From: Amphiscolops sp. MND2022
Taxonomy: Eukaryota
NCBI GenBank assembly: GCA_964187785.1
Contig: CAXLNC010001431.1
Span: 498,934 to 560,000 of the forward strand
Length of the DNA stretch: 61,067 nucleotides
Reading direction: 5' to 3'
Below, piece by piece: positions 10,168 through 22,100 of this stretch (position 1 is its first letter; each line of letters starts with the position of its first letter). The position numbers were made by a program, and so were the translations under genes. The notes beneath the pieces were generated by a model that saw only the letters and a program-made list of their open reading frames with translations, did no database searches and had not been told where the DNA came from.

Positions 10168-13100
10168 GTTCTCGGCTCTTTTCTGTTTTTTTAACCCACC
10201 ACCCAAGATTTTTTTTGAAAAAAAAATGTGAAAAGATTAAAATAAAAAGAACTGAACTAAACTGGAAACCTTCACTTTTATATTTTTCCTCAGGATGACA
10301 GTTTAGAATTCAGATGCAAACTTGTTCACGCTATTTTGTCTTTGAAGTCACTCATTTTTGTTCAAGAAATCAGCGGCTTCCTGTTTTGAGTCACAAAAAG
10401 CAGTTAAAACAAATTTAATATTAGTCAAAATGCGTGGAAAATGTTTTGTTCGATTAATAAACTATTCTAATAGAAGTTTACTTACTGTTATTTTCACGCA
10501 TTTTGAATATAATTATGTTCGTACTAACTGTTTTTTCGTGACTTAAAACGTGAAGTCGTTGAATTTCTCGTGAATGCGCAAAGAAAAATAGTGTAAACAA
10601 AGTTTGTATCTCAATTCTAAATTGTCACCCTGGAAATAAACATAAAACAGAAGGTTTCCGGACTGTAATCAAGTCTTTTTGTTATATTATTTTCACTAAT
10701 TTTCAAAAAAAAATTGTGGTGGGGGGAAAACAGAAAAGAGGCAGGTTCTCCAGCAACGAAGTGACTCACCGACAACAGAGCATCGAATGTTTCTTCAGTT
10801 TCCTGGAAATCATAAATTCGCCCGTTTTGACCTCCGTTCTTGATGATTTCTTCAACATTGACACGCACAATCAACCTAGTATCGAAAATAGCATGGAACA
10901 TAATGGAAGCTTTCCTGTACATGAGAACCCAATGGAATCCAGTTCTACTGGGGTTTTCGCAACAACTGGAGTGTCTGATGCAAACTTTAATGATTTAATG
11001 GATGATTCCTCTAAAGTACAAATTGAGGCTGTTTCGCACAGAGCTATACATTCCAATCTACTTTCTCCTGATTGCTTCAGAGCATCCTGCGACTCGCTTT
11101 CATTGTCATCTAGGTATGGCGTCTGTTGTAGTCATTTGCAAAGCGACATTCAAAATTGCCAAACCAATTAGATTAAAAATCAAGTTTTCTAAATAGACAT
11201 TCAAAATTCCCAAATCGACATTCAATTTTAGTAATCTCCCAGCAGCAATTCGAAGCAGCTTTTTCATTCTTTCTACCTCTCTAGTGGCATGATTGTAGCA
11301 TATGCTAATTTTGAAGGTCTATTCTGTTAAATTTAATTGTCCTATTTTTTGGAAGTAACGAATTGGAATCAAGATTGATAAAACAGACTGATTTTCGAAA
11401 ACAAATTTGAATGTGGTATTGCAAATTTTCAACGTCCTACACTGTATATATTTCTATAGATTGTTTTCAGGGTCAAACAAGCCGGGAACGGCATAAGTCG
11501 GCGCCATTAGGCTCAAAAAATAGCACAAGGACTTCAAAGTGTCAAAGTATTCTCTTCTACAGTACCCGAAAAAGTTGGCCCGAAACTATTTTAGTCGTCT
11601 TTCACTTCATGAAGCGCCGACTAAAATGGATGGTTTAGCCCAGAAAAAATTGTCTTGTTTTAATCAGCGCTTTATTGAAAATTTTCTATATTTGCTATAA
11701 AACTTGAATATAATGACCGTGTGCGTCAAAACCATGGACAATTCCCAATGCGTCGAACTTTCAAACAGGCGAAAGTCAAAAATCGATTTATAAACAATAC
11801 AAATTTTGTTCAGCGTGCAGTCTGATTGATTGAAATTTAAAATCAAATCAATTTCAACCAATTGAAAGGCTGGGCATTCAAAAAAGAAAACACTGTATTC
11901 CTTCATATAAAATATCTAAAATGTAAATAAATATATGGAGGGCAGTGTAAAACCGTATTACTAAAAAAATTAAAAATTTCAACCAGTGTATATTATACTG
12001 GCTGATATAGCACTAATTTGTAATTGCTCAAATTCTGGTCGTCGAGAAGGATTTGTAATTAGGGCTGTATGAAAAGTCACCGAAACCACGTGTCGGTAGC
12101 TTGCAAGTTTTATATGCCCGTATTAGAGAAGGCGAGTCGGTTAACATTTTTTGGTGTCGTTGCGCTGCAAGTTACAGGGCCTCCTTTGCAGTATCAGCGT
12201 TAATGCTCCCAGAAAATAGCTACACAGCGGAGAAAATTACTAGGTGAATCAAAATCAAGGAATACATTTCGAGATGTCTAAGTTTCAATTGTTTGTCGAT
12301 AAAGGTTTAACGACAGCTTTGATTGAACGCTGCTGTCAATTATTATTATTTCTGCGATAGCAGGAATAATATTGAAATCTGGTTTATTGGAATTTTTTCA
12401 GTTCAAATTTTGTCTGAATTAGTTTTGTTTGATTCCGAGGACCTACTGAAAAATTCAGATACTTTGTTCGGCAGCGAGGATAAGCGTGAGATTTAAATTT
12501 CTCAAGTTGCCGACAATTCGTTTGTCGTGCGATGGAACGAGCGAGTGGTAATTATGCTTTCATACGCCGAGTTATTGAGATAAAGCGAACGAGTGTTAAA
12601 TATTCGTTCGCCGAGAGCTTCGCCTGCATTCAAATGCGAAAGCGAAACTCCGTGTACGCTTAGTAGTTACATTTTCTTCAGTCCGAGAAGAAATCAAGGC
12701 GGTGTCTTCTTTTCAACATGAAAGCCTAAAAGCAGAAATACTGTGCCCCACGGGGCCTTTTTTTTAAATAGGCAACTTCTTTTGAAGCGATAATATTTTC
12801 ACCCATCAAAATGAGAACGAAATGACTGGTAGCGGTGTCCATATTTTTCTGATTGTTCGAATATTCCTTAGTTGAAGATGTGATTACTTAACAAAAATAC
12901 AATTCTAAATAATTGACAGAAAATTTCAGTCAGTTTTATGTACAAATCATACGACTTCAAAGGCGCAAATTTTAATGTGCTCCGTTTTTTTTGGTTCACT
13001 TTGTAGTCGCTGATTTTTGAGAGCTGAAAATAACATATAATCCTAATTTTTGCACAATTTTGTTAAATTAGAAAATAGCCTCAGAATATGAATCAGTTTT

Positions 13101-16100
13101 TATTGGACCTTTTTGGTTTCAGATCCGACCATTTTTACGAAAGCTATGATGAAGACGAACTTTTTGACCATTTTCGGTCGTTTCTGTGTTTGAGGTGAAA
13201 TTGCTCGAAACTGGTTTCAACTGTTACCATTCCAATGCCAGGTTTCTGTAGCTCAGGTTTCCGTCCATCAAGTTTCCATATGAAGTTGTTGCTGAAAATC
13301 AACTCTGTAAGAAATGCTCAAACATTTGCCTGCTGTAGCCAATCTTAATACGTGGGGCGAGAGAACACGTTCCATTTTTGTCGAATTTCTCTTAGGTTGT
13401 TGATTTTCATCTAACATGTCATGTGGAAACTTAATAGAAGAGAACCAAAACTACAGAAACCTGGCATTGGAATGGTAGTCGCTGAAACCAGTTCAGTCCC
13501 GAGAAGTTTCACCCCAACCACAAAAATGACCGAAAATGGTCAAAAATTTGGTCTTAATTACTTTTGTAAAAATGATCGGATCTAAAAGCAAGAAGTTCCT
13601 GTCCTATAAAGACTGCTTCGAACTCTAAGGCGACGACTTCAGTTTTACAAAATCGGTGCCTAGTGAAATAGCATCGACGGTCACTTTGGTTGCCTAGAGT
13701 GCAGTTCTGAGATTTTTCTACATGTTTTCAACTCGAACAACTTTGACTTGTATAACAGTTCAACAACTACCATCATTCAGTTTTGGAATTGCAAACAAGT
13801 GAACCTCTGTCATTGTTTGAGTAGTTTGAGTAAACTCTTATTTCAAATTCAATGTCATGGTATATTTGTAGATCAGATCGACAGATTTTATCGCTCGGTA
13901 GAATGTGTTCACATCATTCCGAAGCATTCGTTTGCCGCCCGTTTGATTTTCCGTGTGCTTATCATTGTCAATAGTCAGGGTTGGCTGTTTTGAAACATTG
14001 TTTAAAAACATGCGGTATAAAAAACGTTTTAAAACATTACAACCTCTTGAAAGTGACTGTTTTTAGTCGGCGCTTTTCTTTAGAAAAGAGCGACAATAGT
14101 CATGGCTTTTCGTCAGTTTTTCGATACAAAATCATTTGAAGCCAAGGGGTCCCTTTGGATTTTTTTCGGTGTTGTGAGACCTTATTCTTTTTGCACATGA
14201 CGAAGTCAATGTGCATTGCAGTCCAGCTAAGAAAGTTTTTTTTTTCCACAGTAGCCAACTTCATAATAAGCCCCTTTTAGAGAAAAGCCAAAACCCCAGA
14301 GAGATTCGAACCTGCAGCCTCCCGATTGCGCGGCATAAGTGTTAACCACTGTGCCATAAGGACGTTATTGAATAAAGTTGAACTGTTGAATATATATACG
14401 CATGCGAATAAAATAATATATATACGCATATTAAAATAATCGTTGTCTTCGTCATGTGTTGCGAAGCACCGCTTCGCCTCTGTGTTCAACTTAACCGAAC
14501 AGCTCTTTTAATCTCAGTACTTTATCATACTTTGAGGGCCCGTTTCAGTGAACTACATCAGAAAACTAAAGAAAAACAATAGAAAACAAAAACGTGTGTT
14601 TTTTATGAAAATCTGTTTGTTTGATTAATATGATAAAAACTGTTTTTGCCAACCCTGTCAATAGTTGATGTTTCAGTTCTTCCGTGGCTGATTTATCGTC
14701 TGAAACGGCCTCTTCCGCAAGCACCGGTTTCGAATCGCTGTCCTGCTGTGACGAGAACAGTTTTCTGTTTGGAAACACAGTCCTTGCTCGCGATTGGCTG
14801 CAAGCTGCTTTGATCGAAGTCACCTTCATTTCACCCTCTTCAAGTTAGCCCCTAAATTGCATTTTAAAGGTTTTTAAGGTTTCAAGTAGAGGTGCTGCAC
14901 CGGACAAGAAAATTTCCGTCTGGCCGGACAACATAACTGAGCCGCCGGATACCTGCCGGACCGGACATTATCCTCGACTATAAGCTATAAAAGACTCTTT
15001 TCAGAATTGGGCAATGAATATGACGGAAAGCAAAGTAAACGCTTGCTCCAAAAAGTGAGAAAAATTATTCCGTTTTTTATTCAACATCGAAATACCTGAA
15101 ACTTATGACTGTCGTCGAGAAATGAATGTTGAAACATGGCTATAAAAGCATCAGTCTCGATTTTAATCTAAGATACGCGATCATTTGCTCAGATATTCGT
15201 CCAGCCGGATTCCGTCAAAAGTTCACCTCTAGCTTCAAGATTTTTTAAGTTGTTTGAAGGATTTTACACTGAGTTTTGACACCGCTAATCAACGATTTAG
15301 CGAATTAGCGGCCGCACAGAAATTTTTAAGCGAATTTATTTGCAATTCAAATTAGCGGCGGCCACTAATAAGTTGTCCAAATTCAAAATTTTCTCGGAAA
15401 ATACGCGGAGTGTCGAAATGAATTTCGAAAAATGCCAACTCTTGTAAAACTCACACAGTATGAGAAATTTTTTTCAAAAATTGAATCAAGTTATCGTTGG
15501 ATTTTGAAAATAATTGAATTCAAACATTTAAAAGGTTGAAGTGAACGTTTTTCAGCGAAATGGCAACTTTGAAGATAGCGGTTTGAACTGATTTTAATGA
15601 AATTTCCGCATTTTATGAATATATTCACTCGTCAGTGGAAAGATGAATACCTTCAGATTAATTTTACTGGAGCTGAACCTTGGGATTTTATTTTATTTCA
15701 GAGAAATACCTGATTGAAAATAGGGAAAACCTTTTCGACAAATTTGAAAAACCTGTGACTCAATTGTCCTACTCAATGCCTTCCGAATAAAGGACAAAAA
15801 ACATTTGATGTGTAGAACCAAAAATTGCCATTTTTCTTCGTTTTGAGTTCCTGACCGGAAAACTGCCATTGCAGCTTTTCACTCATCTCAAGAGTAAGTT
15901 TCACAAATTTGTCCTCTGTCGTTTTCTACTTTATTTCTTCGCTTTTGGCATGATTCTAAAGTTAACAATTTCAATAGACTTTTATTCGAGCTGATGTATT
16001 GAGATATTAAATCTCTTTCGTAGTTATGCGTTCTGAACGATCATTTTCCCCAGTATTTCATTTCCTTTCGAATTAATCTTGATCGAAGATCGTGATGTGT

Positions 16101-19100
16101 ATATTGAATCAGTTTTACGCAATTAATTTTGATTGAATTATCTGTTGAAGTACAGTACGATTAAGAAAACATCTCCCGGGCGATTTTAGGCTCGATTTTC
16201 TCGTAATCAATTGACAATTTACAATGCAAGAGTCAACACTGTGACTTATTACCGCCAAAATATAGACCAAAAAATTTACATTTTCCACTAGAGAATCCAA
16301 AGCTCACTTTTCGGACGCGCGAAGTGGCCCGTAACAAAGAAATCGCCGAAAAAAGTAGTTTGATTGAAGAAACAAAAACAAATGAAGACAGAAGATTTAA
16401 CGACAATTGACGGTCTACTAAGTGAATTAAAAAACGGAATACAGAAATATTTCCCTCTTCAAAATCGTAATATTTGTAAACAAGGCACTAAAAATCTTTC
16501 ACTTTCTCTGTCAATCATCTCATTACGTAATCAAATCTTCAACAATGAATGATTCGAACCTTCAGAAAACGTCTACTAAGTGAACCGAATAGAACAGAAC
16601 GCACAGAAGTATTTCACTCTTCAAAAACGTACAAATTGTCAGCAAGACACTGAAAAATTTCCACTTTCTCTGTCAATCATCTCATACGTGTAAGGACTAC
16701 TGTCCCTGGGTACTCTTAGGTCACCATTAGACCGTGAGTCCTTTTTTGTAATTTTATTTCTAAACCCATTGTTCACTTCAGCGTTCTCCTGACTATTAGG
16801 GGACGAACTAACCTCAGTGTCTCGATTCCCTGAGGATGAATTCGAACTCACTATATTTTGGATCTCTGGAATTACTCTCTCGGCTATTGCCGTGTTAATT
16901 GCCCTGTTTATCTGACTAGGCATTAATGACATCATTGAATCCATTTCTTGCGAAAGTCTCATGTTGAATTCGCTAGTGAAGGTTTCCAGTGTCTCTTGAA
17001 CCCTATCTTGCCTATGAACTGCATTTCCATGGACGTAATGTCCAAATTCGTTTTCATGAGATTCATACCGTGCAGATTGGGGATTGGACTCAATGTCTTG
17101 ATTGTTTTCCACATTCCCAATCATGTTTGAAAGTTCGCGTTCAATAGGATTAGTGTTCTCATTCCATATCATTACGTCCATATTTTGAAAGTCAGACATC
17201 ATGTCCATTTCCCTTGACTTCCTAGCTTTCGCCTTTTGCTTTCCTGTGGAAGGCAAAAGAGACAATTGCAAGAGGTAAGAATTGATTATCTTTAGGCTTG
17301 CAAAACAAAATCAATTGATAGGCAGCAGAGAATATAAAGTTGTGTCCCCCGGTCCAGAAGTCCCGGGTATATATAGGACAGCTTGCATGACTATCAGGAA
17401 AATAACCGTTATTTTCTAAAAATAAATAATCACTCGTGTAAAAATAGCATTACCTATTTATAGGTTACATGGCGTAATGACCTACTGGTCACATCAAAGG
17501 CGTCACACCGCCACTCCCATCTATTTCAACTAGCGTCCTCGAAGGACAACTGCACTTTCATGATCATGGTAGCAACCCTGCATGTATCATTCATATAATC
17601 ATTACATGTTTTGAGCATTCCTGTGTGTATTTCAGGCACGAGAGTTTGGACTTGGCCTAATACGGCTTTTGAGCCAAACGGGGGGGGTGATCAATTGTAG
17701 CACCCTTATTTGTAAGAATATAATTGTATGCATCATTATTCTTCAAGTTAAGTCTATTACTACAACAATGAAAGCACCAGTTAATTTGGACTCAGTGTCC
17801 CATTGCCTTAACAAGTACATCAATATTTGAAAGTATGCGGCGCGTGGCCATAATGTCCACTAATAAGAGCACTGTATTACATAGGTTCGAGAAAGAAAAT
17901 CGCCAGATTTAAGGTTTATAGAGACCACAGTTGCAGCGTTCCCGCAAGTAACAGTAGGCAAATGCCCTGCTTTATCGATGGAGGTAGAGAATTTAGAATA
18001 AAGGATCTCGTTTTTCAGAATGCTCTTTATTTGACTTAGTCCGTGATCAGACAAGTGTATCTGATCCTTCCGGAGAAGATTGATATTAATCTTATGCGCG
18101 ATCCCGCGAAATATCCACTTGCGGGACTTTGCTTTATCGCTAAGAATACGATTAACAGCAGCAGTTCGCTCGGGTTGAGGGAATCGGGGAGTAAGCCCAA
18201 TGATAACCACTTTGTCTGCTAATGCCACCAAACGGTCTGCAACGTCAATCGGCGATGATTCGTTGTTTCCGTTTTTGTCGAACAAGCAATTGGCACCAAT
18301 GAATAAAACCACTACCTTGAATTGACCTGTGGTGGGCAGAAAACCAATGACGTTCCAAGTTTCCCCCAGGTATCGTAAGAATATTGAAATTCGGGAAGGA
18401 AAGCTGCGAAGTCTGAAAGTTAGCGATTAGTAGGTTGGCTGCTGTGGACGGCTTTAATGTGTGAAATCACATTCGATTACGTTGAATAAAATTGTTGTGT
18501 AGAAAACAGGCTTTTAGGATGAAGCTTTTATTCAACGTAGTCTGAAAATGGAAATACAATTAGTTAGAGTTAGTCATGGTCAATAAGTTAGTAATAGACA
18601 GACAATGGCCATAGTCATTATATAACACATAGCTAGGCTTTTGCATTGACCAAACGTCAACGTCAAGGGCTATCGATCAAACTATCAATAATGTTGCCGT
18701 AGACGAATAAATGTTTCCTTTGTCGTGACATAGTTCTAATAAAGTATAAATCACAAATATTGAAAGTGTAATGTTCGAAAGTGACCCTGGTATGGTTTCA
18801 TTTTTATTGATGAATGGATCCATGTTGAAACTAAAATAGTCGGACTATTACAGTCACTTTCCCGTCAAGACTCACACGCGTGTAAATAAAATAGATAAGG
18901 CAGCCCATGTGGGATTTGGAGGTTGGCCTAGTGGTTACAGCGCTGACTTCCCAAGCCGCGAGAGTGGGTTCGATTCCCGCAACCATCTAATTTGTTTCAC
19001 CAATCCAGTGATGTACGAAATCAAAGGGTCCTCCTTCGTTTATTAAATGGATTTCAATGCGTTTTTTCTCCAATGTGGTTGTCGTCAAAGTGCGTTTTTT

Positions 19101-22100
19101 TAAATCATTCCCAAAAAGTTTCACCAATTAGGGCTTTCTTGAAGTTTTCCATTGTGTATTTTTCCGCCCTCTGAGATTTTGACAATTTTTCCATGGACAA
19201 TCTGGACCATAATAACAGACTTTGCGTTTTTTCAGTCCTGAGCGGGTGACAACTTAAGGGTTCTTGTCTTGTTTACTTCTCAAACTGATGAAATAGTATT
19301 GACTTTATTAGCTCGTTCCTATTCCTTCAATGTAAGGTTGTTAATAGTAGTTTTTTCACGGAAAATGTTTTAAACAGGTTCTTAAACAAAATATACTGTT
19401 TTTTGTTGTATTTTATTGTTTTTTCTCTCTTGGGGAAAACTATCGTGGAAAACAATGTGTTATGCACAACGGTTTTCCATTTGTTGCCAAATATTTCATT
19501 GTACAAAAATATAACAAGGATATATATAACGGGGATATATAAAAGAATATAAACCATGAAAGTCATTCACTTCACTGAATTTTTCCAGATATCTTTCACA
19601 CGAGACTTTTCTGATCTGAAAAACCTTAAAAGTACCAATCAAATTGAACAGTCACTCAGAAACTAGATCATAAACAACTAACTGTAAAGAAGTGTCTGAA
19701 AAAAAAACAGGAAAAGCAGTGTCTTTTTAAAATTGTTTCATGTTTTTTCTTGTGTTTTAATAAAACATGAATGTTGACAAGCAATAAGATTAAAAGCAAA
19801 TAGAAATCAATCTCTCGATGACCGCAAAAATTCGAGAATGTTCTAGAAAATATTTGAATATTCGAATACGAAAAAGGCCTTGCTACGAAATATTGTTTAC
19901 TAATATTTGTTATTTGTTGCTTAATTTATGTTCATTTAGCCGTCTGAAATGTACCATTCTAATCTTTTGCTGTTTATATTTTTGCCTCGAATCTTGATGA
20001 AATTCTGTACGAATTTGGCCTTCAAAACTGGGAATCTAATACATTGTTCCTCTCCATCAACTTTTACAAAACGATCTATAGAAACGGCGACAAATTCTAT
20101 AGTTATTTCAATGAATAAAACAACTTAACCACCTTGCTTCAAAGCGTTTGTTTTGCAGAGCCCTCCGAGGATTCTTCGAACAAGAGGGGTACTTCGAACA
20201 AGTACGCAGGCATGTCGGGTCTGTTGGGGAAGTTCTCCTCATCATCATCATCATCGCATTCCAAGAACTCTTATCTGGAACAAGCCGCCCATTACGTCAA
20301 ACTTGCCAACGAGTATGAAAACTGTGCCCAATACGAAGGTCAACACGCCGCAGCCAATGCTCAATAGAAACACGTGATATGTATATATGCTGGCTGTCTA
20401 ACCGCACTTCAGCCCCCCGCACTTTTTGCGGGCTGCGGGCTAATTAAAAATTTTTGGCATAAAAATGGGATCTCTTTCACTATGTCCCCCCAAAATCCCG
20501 ACTCAGCCAATCAGAAGCGTTGTTAAATAAGAGCAGATCTGCGTTATTAGAATGTGCAATACATGTATTTAATAGTGTTTCACTTTGTCCCCTCTTTTTG
20601 TTGTAGGGGGGGGGGGGTGAGATAGTGACATAGATTCGAGAATTTAAGTTGCATCTGAAACTCTTTCATAATTCGTTTCATAATTTTTGACTGAGTGGAA
20701 ACTTGGAAAATCAAGATGACTTTTCGAAACAACCTTTAATACTGTTTGATAATGGATTGGACTTTTACATGTTGGGCTTGAAATACAAATTAAACTATCG
20801 AAAGTTTTTCCTTCAAAGGGAAATCACACAGTTGGCTTTTTAAAGAATAATTGTTCATCTCAGTAGATTTCAAGTGAAACAAGACGCCCGCTAAGCACCG
20901 GGATATTTTCCGCGACACGCTTATTGCAAAAAAAGTATGGCGAAGGAGAGGATCGAACCCACCACCTACTGGCTGGGAAACACGAAAAAATTTCAAGCAC
21001 AAGCCCGGGTTCGAACCCACGACCCACTGGCTGGGAAAGCAATAAGTGAAGTGCACTTCACTCCATGGAGTGGGTATAAAGTGAAGTTTTGGCAGAATTT
21101 GTTAAAAAAACGCGTCACAGATCATGATTTTCCTCCCCCATTTATTTTGGCGGAAAATAACAAAAAGTAAACTTGTCGAGTAAAATTCTGGTTAAATAGT
21201 CAGTTTAAAAGATCAGTCAAATGTAATATTGCCTTGTACCATTTTTTCCCCAAAAATGTATAGCATATTGAGAATGATAGCAGGAACGACGGAGAAAAGA
21301 GAAATATTTGTGAATAATATTTCGAGATAGTAAATGTACTTTTGAATAATATGCAACAAAGTTCAATTTTTTCCATTTTCCGAAATACCAAATATTTGAC
21401 GGCATCGGCAGTCGAACCCGTGATCCCATGATCGGACGGCTACCGCACATCCTCTCATCCAAATTGCCGTATCATCGAGGGGTCCGAATTTAATCTTATT
21501 CTTATTTGCTTCGCAAGAATTCTATTGAGCATTGTCCCGCCCGCGCAGGTGCTTTCCACTCCTACAAAAGCTGCATCGAGATTCTGTTGCGAGGCGTGGC
21601 CAACGAAACAGATGGTGAGAAACGGGCAGCTGTGAGCGAACAAGTGACTGAGTACATCACAATCGCTTCTCAGATCCTCCTGAACTTCATCCAAACCGAT
21701 GCCGACCCCAGTCTGTGGTTGCAGGAATCCATCAGCAAGAGCTTCTCGGAGCTTGCCATGCCCTGCGAAGAACTCAAGTTTTTCACTATCCTCAGGGTGC
21801 GGCCGGCGGGCTTGAATTGAAATTCATTAAATATTGGACACCTAAGCTTCTAATAGATGCACCGCGCGCATCGAAACTAGGGATGTACCGGAATACGTTT
21901 TTGAGTTCCGGCCGGAGCCGGACCGGAACTTTGATTGTGCTATCCTACATTTACGTAACATATTTTTTGCTTTGTATCGATTGCTTTATATGCGATTTCT
22001 CAGAATTCGGAAACATATATGAAGAAAAAAGAAGCAGACCTCTTCCAGAAACTGGCGAAAAACTTTTATTTCTTCACCATAATCTGAAATTGTTTTAGTC

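Noticed and set aside
13748-13993. ORF (either strand) as an extra exon of the RPS6KC1-like gene
   Set aside because: No phase-compatible splice pair or domain similarity, and the model is complete without it.
14566-14829. Minus-strand ORF MKVTSIKAAC...EEAVSDDKSATEE
   Set aside because: It is the antisense of putative exon 3. The plus-strand reading has proper splice sites and matching phases; the minus-strand reading does not.
16684-17474. Solo LTR with target duplication
   Set aside because: Flanks ATACG and TGGCG do not match, and the right flank looks like a PBS, so it is treated as a truncated element.
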